Below, piece by piece: positions 48,764 to 61,195 of a DNA stretch of 64,000 bases. This DNA comes from an uncultured Thermodesulfobacteriota bacterium (GTDB lineage Bacteria; Desulfobacterota; WTBG01; CAIYCZ01; CAIRTM01). Position numbers and translations under genes: made by a program. Each line of letters starts with the position of its first letter. The first letter of the stretch is position 1. The DNA lies in assembly GCA_964387595.1 (NCBI GenBank), contig CAYLYF010000002.1:7403-71402 (forward strand), given 5' to 3'. The notes beneath the pieces are model-generated. The model was not told the DNA's origin and searched no databases. It saw only the letters and a program-made list of their open reading frames with translations.

Positions 48764-49282
48764 TCAGACGTTAACTATATGCCTGTTTATAATGACGTTC
48801 ATATAATTAATTACAAATTTTGAGTATCTGCCTACTTTATAAACCTCACACAGTTTCTTGTTAAATTTATCTAACTCTATAATATTACTAATTTTTAATG
48901 AAAATAGTACCATGGGAGTATTGATGTATGGAATATTATTTTTCTTGCAATACTTACAGATCATTCCATCATCAGTTAATATGCCGTCGGTATTTTGGAA
49001 ATAATAATTATCAATAAGTGTATTGTCAGGATATTTAAGACCTGTGAAATGATTATCCTTTTCATTTTTAAAAAATTTAACGGAGTCAGTTATTTCAACA
49101 AAATTGCGGCAGTCAAGTTTATGGTTTAAGCCGTTTAATTCTTCAAATATAGGTTCCGGTACGAGAATATTTTTAAAACTTGCGTAAAGTTTTAAAATAT
49201 TAATTTTATCCATATATATAATAGAAGATGCATCTGCTATAATGCGACCGTTTTTAAATAGTATTTTATTATTTAAATCCAT
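48764..49282 (-). CDS. Hypothetical protein, possibly PIN-like nuclease fold (DUF4411-like), in an AT-rich islet
   Basis: The 172-aa ORF has markedly lower GC (~28%) than its neighbours. The N-terminal …IIADASSII… and …LVPEPIFEEL… resemble PIN-like acidic-residue motifs. The assignment is tentative and from memory. Confidence 0.4.
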   Translation of the reverse strand: MDLNNKILFKNGRIIADASSIIYMDKINILKLYASFKNILVPEPIFEELNGLNHKLDCRNFVEITDSVKFFKNEKDNHFTGLKYPDNTLIDNYYFQNTDGILTDDGMICKYCKKNNIPYINTPMVLFSLKISNIIELDKFNKKLCEVYKVGRYSKFVINYMNVIINRHIVNV

Positions 49283-49397
49283 TATTTTAATGTAAAACTA
49301 TTGCAAAATCAGCTAGTTGGGTATTGAAAAAATATTTTATTTGTTATATCTATATTCTAAATACAAATATACTATATTTAATACTGGAGGAACAATA

Positions 49398-50858
49398 ATG
49401 AATTTAATAAATTTACAAAAGAAAAAACAACTCTCCATAAGATGTCTGCTTATTTTAGTACTTTGTCTGTTGTGCCCTGCCCTCTTATTTGCAGAAAATC
49501 AGGACAAAGGATCATTAAGCAATAAATACGGACTACCTGACTTTACATCGCTTGCAAAGAAACTGACACCGGTGACGGTAAATATACAGACAACAAAAGT
49601 TATCAAACCAAGAGTCAGACAGTTCGGCAACAGCCCTTTTGGGAATGATCCGCGTCAACAGGATCCTTTTGACGATTTTTTCAAACATTTTTTTGGTGAT
49701 TCTCCCAGAGATCGAAAAGAAAGAGGCGGTGGATCCGGTTTTATTATTGATAAAAATGGTTATATCATTACGAATAACCATGTTGTTTCCGGCGCGGATG
49801 AGATTATTGTTAAGACACATGATAATAAAGAATATGATGCAGAAGTTGTCGGCACTGATCCTAAAACAGATATTGCTTTAATTAAACTGAAAAAATTTGA
49901 TTCTGACCTGCCTTATGCTGAGATCGGTGACTCGGATAAACTTCAGGTCGGTGAATGGGTGCTTGCTATCGGAAATCCCTTCGGACTTCAGGAAACGGTT
50001 ACAGCCGGCATTGTAAGTGCAAAAGAAAGAACTATAGGTGCCGGTCCTTATGATGATTTTATACAGACGGATGCATCCATAAATCCCGGAAACAGCGGAG
50101 GTCCCTTGTTTGATCTAAGCGGTAAAGTTGTGGGTGTGAATGCGATGATCTATTCACCCAGCGGCGGAAATGTCGGTATTGGTTTTGCCATTCCAATTAA
50201 TCTTGCAAAAAAAATAGTAAATCAGTTGAAAAACGGCGGTAAGGTCGTACGCGGCTGGCTCGGGGTTACTGTACAGACTGTGACCAAAGAACTTGCTGAC
50301 CAGTTTGATCTTAAAGAAGGTAAAGGTGCGATTGTTGCCGGTGTTGAAAAAGGCAGCCCCGCAGATAAATATGGAATTCTTCCCGGTGATGTGATTATCA
50401 AGTTTAAAGGCGTTGAGCTGCATAAGATGTCTAATCTGCCGACAATGGTTGCGGATACGCCTGTAGGTCAAAAGGCAGATGTTACGGTGATAAGAGAGGG
50501 GAAGGTAAAAGTAATTAAAGTAAAAGTCGGTGAATTAAAGGATGATGTGAAAGAGATCTATGCTGAGAATGAAAAAGAAAAGATCGGTATTGTTGTCCGG
50601 GAAATAACACCTGAATTTGCAAATTCGTACGGCCTGTCGGAAAACAGCGGAATAATCATCACCCATGTAGAACCGGGGTCTACAGCTGCAGAATCCGGGC
50701 TTTTAAAGGGCGACATTATAAGGGAAGTAAATAGAAAGACTATAAAAACGATCAGTGGTTATAATTCAGCGATAAAACAGAACAGCGGAAATATTCTTTT
50801 TCTGGTCAAAAGAGGAAGAAGTACTTTATGGGTTGTTGTAAAGACGTCTAATAAATAA
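49398..50858 (+). CDS. degP: Periplasmic serine endoprotease DegP/HtrA (trypsin domain + 2 PDZ)
   Basis: A signal peptide is followed by the catalytic triad region (HVV…D…GNSGGPL) and two PDZ domains. The start is taken at ATG 49398 after GGAGG; the track ORF begins at 49317. Confidence 0.9.
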   Translation: MNLINLQKKKQLSIRCLLILVLCLLCPALLFAENQDKGSLSNKYGLPDFTSLAKKLTPVTVNIQTTKVIKPRVRQFGNSPFGNDPRQQDPFDDFFKHFFGDSPRDRKERGGGSGFIIDKNGYIITNNHVVSGADEIIVKTHDNKEYDAEVVGTDPKTDIALIKLKKFDSDLPYAEIGDSDKLQVGEWVLAIGNPFGLQETVTAGIVSAKERTIGAGPYDDFIQTDASINPGNSGGPLFDLSGKVVGVNAMIYSPSGGNVGIGFAIPINLAKKIVNQLKNGGKVVRGWLGVTVQTVTKELADQFDLKEGKGAIVAGVEKGSPADKYGILPGDVIIKFKGVELHKMSNLPTMVADTPVGQKADVTVIREGKVKVIKVKVGELKDDVKEIYAENEKEKIGIVVREITPEFANSYGLSENSGIIITHVEPGSTAAESGLLKGDIIREVNRKTIKTISGYNSAIKQNSGNILFLVKRGRSTLWVVVKTSNK

Positions 50859-50871
50859 ATTGAGAGTTGTC

Positions 50872-51525
50872 ATGGAATCTTTTGAAGCACAAAGAAGATC
50901 TATGATCGATCTACAGCTCAAATCCAGAGGAATATTATCATCGAAAGTTTTAACTGCGATGTCAAATGTTCCCAGGGAAAGATTTGTGGGGCCTGAAAAT
51001 TTAAATAATGCTTATAATGACGGCCCCGTTTCCATAGGCTCAGGTCAGACCATATCACAGCCTTATATGGTGGCCATAATGACAGAGGCTCTTCTTTTAA
51101 CAGAGTGTGATAAGGTGCTTGAGATTGGTACGGGGTCAGGTTATCAGACAGCTGTATTGCGGGAAATAGCAACAGCTGTATATTCAGTTGAAAGGATCGC
51201 TACCCTGGCAGAAACTGCGCGAAATGTACTGTGTTCACTGGGATATAATAATATCGTCATCAAAGTGGGTGACGGTACACTGGGCTGGCCTGAGGAGGCA
51301 CCTTTTGATGCGATCATAGTAACTTCCGGGTCACCTAAAGTCCCTGAGATATTGCTTAACCACTTAAATGATGGCGGCCGAATGATCATCCCGGTTGGAA
51401 CAAGGAGTCTTCAGCGCATTGTAAGAATTACAAGGACTAAAGATAACTTTAATACAAAAGAAATGCTGTCCTGTGTTTTTGTCCCTCTAATCGGAGAAGG
51501 CGGATGGCAGGAAAATGAAATCTAG
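50872..51525 (+). CDS. pcm: Protein-L-isoaspartate O-methyltransferase
   Basis: The SAM-binding VLEIGTGSGYQTAVL motif and PIMT family motifs are present. The start is taken at MESFEAQ. Confidence 0.9.
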   Translation: MESFEAQRRSMIDLQLKSRGILSSKVLTAMSNVPRERFVGPENLNNAYNDGPVSIGSGQTISQPYMVAIMTEALLLTECDKVLEIGTGSGYQTAVLREIATAVYSVERIATLAETARNVLCSLGYNNIVIKVGDGTLGWPEEAPFDAIIVTSGSPKVPEILLNHLNDGGRMIIPVGTRSLQRIVRITRTKDNFNTKEMLSCVFVPLIGEGGWQENEI

Positions 51526-53532
<2,007 letters not shown>

Positions 53533-53927
53533 ATCTTTTTAATGTGTAAAATGAAACGAATCCAGCACACTCAGCACTAGTTCAAGCTCCGCCAGGACTT
53601 TAAGATCACCTCATTAGTATTATTGCTTAAAAAAAAAGAGATTTTGGAAAAGCGTAAGAAAACCTATGAAGCAGCGCGCTTGAAAAATCCTAATAGAGGG
53701 TCAAAGGATATCAGGAATTGGGATCATATCGATACTGTTTATTTGAATCCAGCTGATGTACAACCAGCACAAAGTGAGGCAGCCTTAATGAAAACATTCA
53801 GGTGACAACTACCTTGACAAACGGCGTTAATGTGAAATTGTTCTTCACGTTCTGTTCCTGCGTATTGTCGTGTTTGGTTTCATTATATAGAAGAGTATTC
53901 GGGATTCAATTAATTAAGATATGGGTT

Positions 53928-54863
53928 CTAGCCTTTGTTATAGATCTCAACTCTGTTTCTTCCGTTAAATTTAGCATTGTAAAGTGCTTCATCGGCATAT
54001 TTTACAAGTTCTCTATGCGTTGATGCACCGCTTTGTCTCATGCCCGCAATTCCAATACTGATCGTAATATTAATCGTGTTATCTGCTATCTCAAATTTAT
54101 GTTTTTCAATATTTTCTCTGATCCGTTCCATCATGGAATCGGTTTCTTCAAGTGTTGTTTGCGGAATTATTATACCGAACTCCTCACCGCCATATCTGGC
54201 ACAAATGTCCACATCTCTTATCTTATCTTTTATAATTTCTGACATTGATTTGAGTACTAAATCGCCAAATTGATGTCCATATTGGTCGTTTACTCTTTTA
54301 AAGTAGTCAATATCTATAATCACACAGCATAAGGGTAGATTATATCTTTTTGATCTGACGAATTCATCATTGAGTCTTTCATGGAAATATCTATGGTTAT
54401 AAAGATTTGTTAGACCGTCTTTTTTTACAAGTTCTTCCAGAATTATATTTTTTTCCTGCAGTTCATCGCAGACGTTCTTCATTTTTACCTGACTGTTAAC
54501 ACGTGCTAACAGTTCAGCAGGGTTGAATGGTTTTGTTATATAGTCAGCAGCACCTATCTCAAAACCTTTTATTTTATCAAGGGTATCAGTCTTACTGGTA
54601 ACCATTATGATAGGAATATCTTTTGTTTTATCAATTGTTTTCAGTTTCCTGCAGACCTCATAGCCGTCCATGTCCGGCATCATAACGTCCAGCAATATTA
54701 CGTGCGGATCAAACAATTTTAATAGCTCGATCGCTTCGCGTCCGCCTTCTGCGGCTAGTACATTAAAACTATTATTTGTGAGCAGTTTTTTAGCCAGGTT
54801 TCGAACAACTTCATTGTCATCAATAACCAGAACGCCTGTTTTTTTATTATCCATGGGACTCAC
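53928..54863 (-). CDS. Response regulator receiver-GGDEF diguanylate cyclase (PleD/WspR-like)
   Basis: An N-terminal receiver (VLVIDDNEVV…LLDVMMPDMDG) is followed by a GGDEF domain with an intact GGEEF active site and an RxxD I-site-like motif. Confidence 0.9.
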   Translation of the reverse strand: MSPMDNKKTGVLVIDDNEVVRNLAKKLLTNNSFNVLAAEGGREAIELLKLFDPHVILLDVMMPDMDGYEVCRKLKTIDKTKDIPIIMVTSKTDTLDKIKGFEIGAADYITKPFNPAELLARVNSQVKMKNVCDELQEKNIILEELVKKDGLTNLYNHRYFHERLNDEFVRSKRYNLPLCCVIIDIDYFKRVNDQYGHQFGDLVLKSMSEIIKDKIRDVDICARYGGEEFGIIIPQTTLEETDSMMERIRENIEKHKFEIADNTINITISIGIAGMRQSGASTHRELVKYADEALYNAKFNGRNRVEIYNKG

Positions 54864-54892
54864 GTTATATCAGTTATTTATATTCGTTTATT

Positions 54893-57022
54893 TTATTCTC
54901 CTAGTCCCTTTAGATATAGATAGACATTCACGCTTGTATCTGAGGACCTTCCACTGGAGCCTGAGCTTTTTTCAATGGAGAATTTTGTTCCCCAGCAACC
55001 GGAAGCATAATCAATTCCGAATTCAGTATCAAGTTCACCCTCATCCAGGGTATCGTATCTTGCATCAAAGAAAACATGTAATGAATTATTAATTTTTAAT
55101 CTTCCTTCCAGATCAATTATTTCATAATAGTTGCGAAAGTATCGGTATTCAAGTTCAAGATATTCATTTTTAGTATTGTTCCAGTTTAAGAGAACATTGT
55201 AGTACCGCATTTCGTTACTGTCATGGTCATATGCAGCTTTTGATTTAAAATACAGATTAGTTAACAGGCTTATTCTTATTTCACCAAAAATATCTGAGTA
55301 ATCATCTTCAGGCTCACCTTTTAAATATAATCCTCCTTCAGGGTCACTGAAATTAACGGACTGACCCAAAAGCAGATACCCGACCTCTTTTTCCGACAGG
55401 TTATTTGTTTCGTCTTTATAGAGTGCCGTAAAACGGTTTTTTACATAGTAGGAAAGGATATGTCTTTTATAAAATCTGTCAGGTATGTCAAATTCAGGCA
55501 TATCGTCCTGATTATTTTCAAAGGTATATTCATAGAGGATTCCCGGTTCAATTGTATGTTTCAGTTTCTTTATTTTTTTATTATCATAATTAAATATTTT
55601 AATAAAGTTTGTAGATAATTCTGCTTTTATGCTGGGGAATATTCCTTCTTTATTAAAATCATCATTATGGTTAAGATTTAGATAAGAAATTCCTTTCATA
55701 CCGATTTCCGGGTTGAATTTTAACCAGTTATTGAAAGTTTTAGGAAGTGATATTTTAGGGAATATGGTCAGCCTGTGTCCTTTTACACCGCTGTCTCTCC
55801 AAAGATAGTCATATGAAGCATCAAGCTGGTAGTATAATGACGAATCATTTAAAGGTTTTCTCATCCCTGATAAAATTACCTGGGGTAACCTTTGAAGCGT
55901 ATTTGGATCAGAGTGGAGCAGGTTTTTATAAACATCAAAGTTAACCAGAAGATTATAGGATTCCCAGTTTTTGTTTAAAAAGACAAATGATTCATCACGC
56001 TCTTTAGAGCGCAGGCTTGATTTTTTTATCGCACTTGATGAGCGTCTTACCTGCTCTCTGTAGTCCCCGTAAAATTCCCTGTCAGAGATGTAATTAACAT
56101 CTGCTTTCAGATACAGGTCTTTTGAGAAATAATGTTCGCCTTCAAAATTAAGGTGGATTCTTTCGTGACTTCTGTCTCTTTTGTCTCTGTATTCATCTTC
56201 AAAAAAGTCACTTTCTTCATTGATATAATATCCGTACAGTTTTGCCCATGAATCTTCTTTAAACCGGATTCTATATTCAAGACCGTTGCCGATCCCCTTT
56301 TCGGATGCGTAATCAAGCCAGAAGGTCGCATCAGAATTTTCATTAATAGACCAGAAAAAAGAATTGTTAAATTCCAGACCGTCACTGCTGGAATGCCCAA
56401 ATTCAGGATATAAGAAACCGGTCGCCCTTTTTGTTTTAGCAGGAAAAAGTGCATAGGGAATATACATTACCGGTACACCTTTTATTTTAAAGAATGAATT
56501 TTTAACCTGAGCATAGCCTTCAACAGTTAAGCTGATTTTTTTTGCATCTATCCGCCATAAAGGATTGGGTCCGTCACAAGTTGTAATCGTTCCGTTTTTC
56601 ACGCTGTACTTATCGGCGCTTATTTTTTTTATCTCCTTACCTTCAATATGGAAGTTTTCCTCTTTTAAAAAGATAACAGCGTTATGAACCTGACCCACTT
56701 GAGATGTGAAATTAATTTCAAAAGAATCACAGTTGATTTTGTCGCCGCCTTCCTGAAGAATTACATTTCCCCTGGCATTTGCAATCTGTGTATTCAGGTT
56801 ATATTTAATATAATCTGCATTTATGGTCCTTGACCCCTGATGCAGTTCTGCGTTACCTTTCGCAATAAAACAGTTATTTTTATTATCCTGAAATAATTTA
56901 TCAGCTTTTAAGTCTATCGGCAGATCATTAAATTCACCTTTTTTTAAAAGCGGGTCTCTTGAATAGACATTTTGACTAAACAGTATAAATATTATAAACA
57001 AAACTTTAATGGAGTGTTTCAT
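54893..57022 (-). CDS. lptD: LPS-assembly protein LptD (OstA family)
   Basis: The 709-aa ORF has a signal peptide, an OstA-like N-terminal beta-jellyroll and a large C-terminal beta-barrel region rich in alternating aromatic residues. Confidence 0.75.
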   Translation of the reverse strand: MKHSIKVLFIIFILFSQNVYSRDPLLKKGEFNDLPIDLKADKLFQDNKNNCFIAKGNAELHQGSRTINADYIKYNLNTQIANARGNVILQEGGDKINCDSFEINFTSQVGQVHNAVIFLKEENFHIEGKEIKKISADKYSVKNGTITTCDGPNPLWRIDAKKISLTVEGYAQVKNSFFKIKGVPVMYIPYALFPAKTKRATGFLYPEFGHSSSDGLEFNNSFFWSINENSDATFWLDYASEKGIGNGLEYRIRFKEDSWAKLYGYYINEESDFFEDEYRDKRDRSHERIHLNFEGEHYFSKDLYLKADVNYISDREFYGDYREQVRRSSSAIKKSSLRSKERDESFVFLNKNWESYNLLVNFDVYKNLLHSDPNTLQRLPQVILSGMRKPLNDSSLYYQLDASYDYLWRDSGVKGHRLTIFPKISLPKTFNNWLKFNPEIGMKGISYLNLNHNDDFNKEGIFPSIKAELSTNFIKIFNYDNKKIKKLKHTIEPGILYEYTFENNQDDMPEFDIPDRFYKRHILSYYVKNRFTALYKDETNNLSEKEVGYLLLGQSVNFSDPEGGLYLKGEPEDDYSDIFGEIRISLLTNLYFKSKAAYDHDSNEMRYYNVLLNWNNTKNEYLELEYRYFRNYYEIIDLEGRLKINNSLHVFFDARYDTLDEGELDTEFGIDYASGCWGTKFSIEKSSGSSGRSSDTSVNVYLYLKGLGE

Positions 57023-57067
57023 TGGTTTTTGATCTATATGGAATTGAATTATTTCTGTACCTGATAT

Positions 57068-58372
57068 CTATAGTGGTATTCGACCGCTTACATTTTTACT
57101 TTTGCTTAATAATAACTCTCTTATTTCCCCCACAGCAAATAAAGATCCGGTTACCAGAATAAGATCATTTTTACCGGCTTCTTTCTGGGCAATTTCAATT
57201 GCTTCAGATGTTGTATCATACCAGAATAACCCGTTATTGTCTGAAAAAACAATATATTTTTTTATTGTTTTTTGATTCGCAGCTCTGTTTATTTGGGGCT
57301 CACAAAATAATGTTTTATATGCTCCGGGAAGCATTATATTTATAAGACTTTTAATGTTTTTATCTTCAAGAACGCCGATTATTAAATATAGCCTGTTAAA
57401 ATTAAAGTAATGGTAAACAGCTGACCTAAGCTCTTTCCATGCAGCGGGATTATGTGCTCCGTCCAGAAGAACAGGTGTTTTTTTTGAAATGAGTTCAAGC
57501 CTTCCAGGCCAAAAAGTTTTTTTAATCCCGTTTTTGATGTTTCTTTCTGATATCGTATAACCTGAATTGATTAAAAGTTCGGATGACTTGATCGCAAGAG
57601 AAGCATTTGTGATTTGGTGTGCTCCGATTAAACCGGACTCGATATGTTTAATTTCAAAAAAAGAGCTTCTATAATTAAATATTTTATCAGAAATGACTTT
57701 TGTCTTAAAATCTCTGCCCGCAAGGAAAAGGTCACTGCCGGAACTATTGGCAATATTATCAAGTATGATTTTTGATTTTGACTGTTTTACACCTGCAACG
57801 ACCGGTCTGTTTTTTTTAATGATGCCGCCTTTTTCACAGGTTATTTTGGAAATCGTATTTCCCAGATATTTCTGATGTTCCAGACCGATATTTGTGATTA
57901 CTGAGACCATCGGGTTTATAATATTTGTTGTGTCATACCTGCCGCCAAGACCGGTTTCAATGACAACAGGATCTGCTTTTTTCTGATAAAAGTAGATAAA
58001 GGCAAGAGCTGTTGTAAATTCAAAAAAAGTTACATTTTTAATAGCCTTATCAAAACAGACTTTTTTAATATCTTGTATTAATTTAGTGGCATTTTGTTTT
58101 GAAATTTGGGAGTTTTTTATTTTTATTCTTTCACAAAAATCAATTAAATGGGGAGACGTATACAGACCGGTTTTATAACCGCTGTTATTCAGTATTGAGT
58201 GTAAAAAAGCAGCGGTTGAACCTTTGCCGTTTGTACCTGCTATATGGATGAAGTTAAGCTCTTTTTGGGGATTACCAAGATGTTTGAGGATTTTCCTAAT
58301 ATTGGTCAGCCCGGGTCTTATCCCGAATCTGCGCAGTTCGAAAAGTGAGGTAATTGTTTTCTGATATGTCAT
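57068..58372 (-). CDS. folC: Folylpolyglutamate synthase / dihydrofolate synthase (Mur ligase family)
   Basis: A P-loop (HIAGTNGKGST) and Mur-ligase middle and C-terminal domains are present. The ORF is 434 aa. Confidence 0.85.
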   Translation of the reverse strand: MTYQKTITSLFELRRFGIRPGLTNIRKILKHLGNPQKELNFIHIAGTNGKGSTAAFLHSILNNSGYKTGLYTSPHLIDFCERIKIKNSQISKQNATKLIQDIKKVCFDKAIKNVTFFEFTTALAFIYFYQKKADPVVIETGLGGRYDTTNIINPMVSVITNIGLEHQKYLGNTISKITCEKGGIIKKNRPVVAGVKQSKSKIILDNIANSSGSDLFLAGRDFKTKVISDKIFNYRSSFFEIKHIESGLIGAHQITNASLAIKSSELLINSGYTISERNIKNGIKKTFWPGRLELISKKTPVLLDGAHNPAAWKELRSAVYHYFNFNRLYLIIGVLEDKNIKSLINIMLPGAYKTLFCEPQINRAANQKTIKKYIVFSDNNGLFWYDTTSEAIEIAQKEAGKNDLILVTGSLFAVGEIRELLLSKSKNVSGRIPL

Positions 58373-58382
58373 TTAATGAAAA

Positions 58383-59183
58383 TTATTCAGGTAAAGTAGC
58401 ATCTTTAAGTTCACGAATAAATGCGCCAACGATGTTAATCATTTCAGGATTGGAAATGTTTTGCTCAATTTTATTTATAATCGCACTGCCTACGATCACT
58501 GCATCAGAATATCGGATGACTTCACGGACATGTTCCGGGCGTGAAATTCCAAATCCGACACCGATAGGAAGGTCGGAAAATTTTCTGATCCTGTCAAGGT
58601 AGCCAGACAGGTCGGTATCCAGGTTGTCTCTGGTGCCGGTCACACCGGTCACCGATACAAAGTATATAAAGCCCGATGCTTTTTCAGATACAAGCTGCAG
58701 CCTTTCATCCGTACTTGTGGGTGCAAGCAGAAATATCATATCGAGTCCGTTTAATTTCGCAGCTTCATTTATAGCGGATGCTTCTTCCGGAGGCAGATCC
58801 ACAATTAAAAAAGCGTCGACGCCGGCACTTTTTGCATCATGACACAGCTTTTCGATACCATACTTCAAAAAGGGATTATAATAGCCGAAAAGAATGACAG
58901 GGGTTTCTGAATACGTGCGGACCTTTCTTACGTGTGCAAAAATATTCTGCATTGAAAAGTTCTTTGACAAAGCCCTTTGTGAAGCGGCCTGTATCGTTGG
59001 TCCGTCTGCCATAGGATCAGAGAAAGGGACGCCCAGTTCTATGATATCAGCGCCATTTTCAACCAGACATTTAAGGAGGTCGTCGGTAGTGGCGGAATCC
59101 GGGTCTCCTGCCGTTATAAAAGGGATAAGTGCTTTTTCATTTTTTTGTTTTAGTTCTTCAAGAACCTTACTGATTCGGGACAT
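58383..59183 (-). CDS. trpA: Tryptophan synthase alpha chain
   Basis: The 266-aa TIM-barrel TrpA has ELGVPFSDP and GFGIS motifs. Confidence 0.95.
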   Translation of the reverse strand: MSRISKVLEELKQKNEKALIPFITAGDPDSATTDDLLKCLVENGADIIELGVPFSDPMADGPTIQAASQRALSKNFSMQNIFAHVRKVRTYSETPVILFGYYNPFLKYGIEKLCHDAKSAGVDAFLIVDLPPEEASAINEAAKLNGLDMIFLLAPTSTDERLQLVSEKASGFIYFVSVTGVTGTRDNLDTDLSGYLDRIRKFSDLPIGVGFGISRPEHVREVIRYSDAVIVGSAIINKIEQNISNPEMINIVGAFIRELKDATLPE

Positions 59184-59199
59184 GTAATTCTTTCCTGTG

Positions 59200-60387
59200 T
59201 TATAGGGTTATACCAATTTTTTCTGCTGCAATATGAATATCCTTATCACCCCGTCCAGACAGGCAGATAATCGCTATGGAATTCTTATCAAGGTTTTTAG
59301 CTTCTCTTATCAGGTAGGCAACGGCATGTGAGCTTTCAAGTGCCGGGATAATGCCTTCAAGTCTGGAAAGTTCCTGGTATGCATTTAAGGCTTCATCATC
59401 AGTCACGGTAAAGTACTTGACCCGCCCTGTTTCTTTAAGATAGCTGTGCTCAGGGCCGACACCCGGATAATCAAGACCGGCTGCAATTGAATGGGCAGGA
59501 AGGACCTGCCCGTGTTCATCCTGCATAAGGTAACTCTTTGCACCGTGAAGAACACCGGGAGAACCGTCGGTAAGTGGTGCAGAGTGCGGGCCCTTTCCGA
59601 TCCCCATTCCTGCCGCTTCAACACCGATGAGTTTCACATCGCTATCCTCAATAAAGGGATAAAAGATACCCATTGCATTGCTTCCTCCGCCGACACAGGC
59701 AATGACGATATCCGGCAGCTTTCCTTCTTTAACTTCTAACTGTTTTTTTGTTTCATCTCCAATGATCCGCTGAAAATCGCGGACGATCATCGGATAGGGG
59801 TGCGGGCCTGCAACAGAACCGATGATATAAAAGGTGTTCCTGACATACGTTATCCAATCCCGAATGGCTTCGTTCATGGCATCTTTAAGGGTCCGGGTCC
59901 CGGAAGTCACCGGAATCACGCGTGCACCCAGCAGTTTCATCCTGAAAACATTTAAAGACTGCCTTTTTACATCTTCGGCGCCCATGAAAATATCGCATTC
60001 AAGGCCGAACCGGGCCGCAACAGTTGCAGTCGCTACGCCGTGCTGCCCTGCCCCGGTTTCAGCGATGATCCTTTTTTTACCCATTCTTTTTGCAAGCAGG
60101 ATCTGTCCGACGGTATTATTGATCTTATGCGCACCCGTGTGATTTAAGTCTTCACGTTTCAGATAGGTCTTAATACCGTATTTATCGGTGAATCTTTCAG
60201 CAAAATAGAGCGGGTTTTCACGTCCTACAAATTCCTTTAAATAAAAGTTCAGCTCGTTTTTAAATTCTTCATCGTCCTTGTATTTATTGTAGGCCTGCTC
60301 AAGCTCAAGCAGTGCCGGCATCAGAGTTTCTGAGACATATCTGCCGCCGAAATCGCCATACCGGCCCATTTTATCTGGAAGTGTCAT
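59200..60387 (-). CDS. trpB: Tryptophan synthase beta chain
   Basis: The PLP-lysine motif (HTGAHKIN) and GGGSNAMG are present. The ORF is 395 aa. Confidence 0.95.
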   Translation of the reverse strand: MTLPDKMGRYGDFGGRYVSETLMPALLELEQAYNKYKDDEEFKNELNFYLKEFVGRENPLYFAERFTDKYGIKTYLKREDLNHTGAHKINNTVGQILLAKRMGKKRIIAETGAGQHGVATATVAARFGLECDIFMGAEDVKRQSLNVFRMKLLGARVIPVTSGTRTLKDAMNEAIRDWITYVRNTFYIIGSVAGPHPYPMIVRDFQRIIGDETKKQLEVKEGKLPDIVIACVGGGSNAMGIFYPFIEDSDVKLIGVEAAGMGIGKGPHSAPLTDGSPGVLHGAKSYLMQDEHGQVLPAHSIAAGLDYPGVGPEHSYLKETGRVKYFTVTDDEALNAYQELSRLEGIIPALESSHAVAYLIREAKNLDKNSIAIICLSGRGDKDIHIAAEKIGITL

Positions 60388-60414
60388 GGTTTCTCCAAAA
60401 AAGTAAATTTTAAA

Positions 60415-61194
60415 CTAATAGATAAATTCCTTAAGTTTATCACCGGGGTTTTGTTCACGCATGAAGGTTTCTCCTATTAAAAAAGCATCTACTCCTGCAT
60501 CGGAAAGCATCAGTATATCCTCTTTTGTTTTAATACCGCTTTCAGTCACTATGATTTTTGAGTCCGGAATAAAAGACATTAAATCAATGGTCGTCCGGAT
60601 GTCGGTATTAAATGTCTTTAAATTCCTGTTATTAATACCGATGATTTCAGCATCGGTTAAAAGAACTTTTTCAAGTTCATCTTGGGTATGAATTTCAACA
60701 AGGGCTGAAAGTGAAAATTCTTTGACGACAGATATAAGCTCTTCGAGCAGTGGTTTTTCCAGGATTGCAGCGATTAACAGAACTGCGTCTGCACCGTTTG
60801 CACGGGCTTCAACCACTTGGTACGGATCAAAAATAAAGTCCTTTCTTAAGACCGGTATGTTTACAAGATTTTTTATATCTTTTAAATATTCAAGTTTTCC
60901 CTGAAAAAAATCAGATTCCGTAAGTACGGAAATTGCGGATGCATTGTTTTTTTCGTACTGTTTTGCAATTTGCAGCGGGTCAAAATCAGCTCTTATAAGA
61001 CCTTTTGAGGGAGATGCTTTTTTGACCTCCGCAATAATCCGTATGTCTGACGCCTTATTTTTCTTCAGTGAATCTTTAAAGTTCAGAACTTTAGACTGTT
61101 TCTGAGCTATGTCAGTTAAGTGATTAATGTTACAGTCTTTTTTGGCTTTATTAAGAACCTTCTTTTTTGATTCTACAATTTTATCCAGTATCAA
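60415..61194 (-). CDS. trpC: Indole-3-glycerol phosphate synthase (monofunctional, no TrpF fusion)
   Basis: The 259-aa ORF has IGPS motifs (IAEVKKASPSKG, LIGINNRNL). Confidence 0.9.
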   Translation of the reverse strand: MILDKIVESKKKVLNKAKKDCNINHLTDIAQKQSKVLNFKDSLKKNKASDIRIIAEVKKASPSKGLIRADFDPLQIAKQYEKNNASAISVLTESDFFQGKLEYLKDIKNLVNIPVLRKDFIFDPYQVVEARANGADAVLLIAAILEKPLLEELISVVKEFSLSALVEIHTQDELEKVLLTDAEIIGINNRNLKTFNTDIRTTIDLMSFIPDSKIIVTESGIKTKEDILMLSDAGVDAFLIGETFMREQNPGDKLKEFIY

Positions 61195-61195
61195 C

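Noticed and set aside
53623-53805. 60-aa ORF (…NRGSKDIRNWDHIDTVYLNPADVQP…) between ligA and the GGDEF gene; a transposase or integrase C-terminal remnant (LNP-type motif) was considered
   Set aside because: The similarity is too vague to call without a database search. No TIRs or additional transposase fragments flank it. It is left unannotated.
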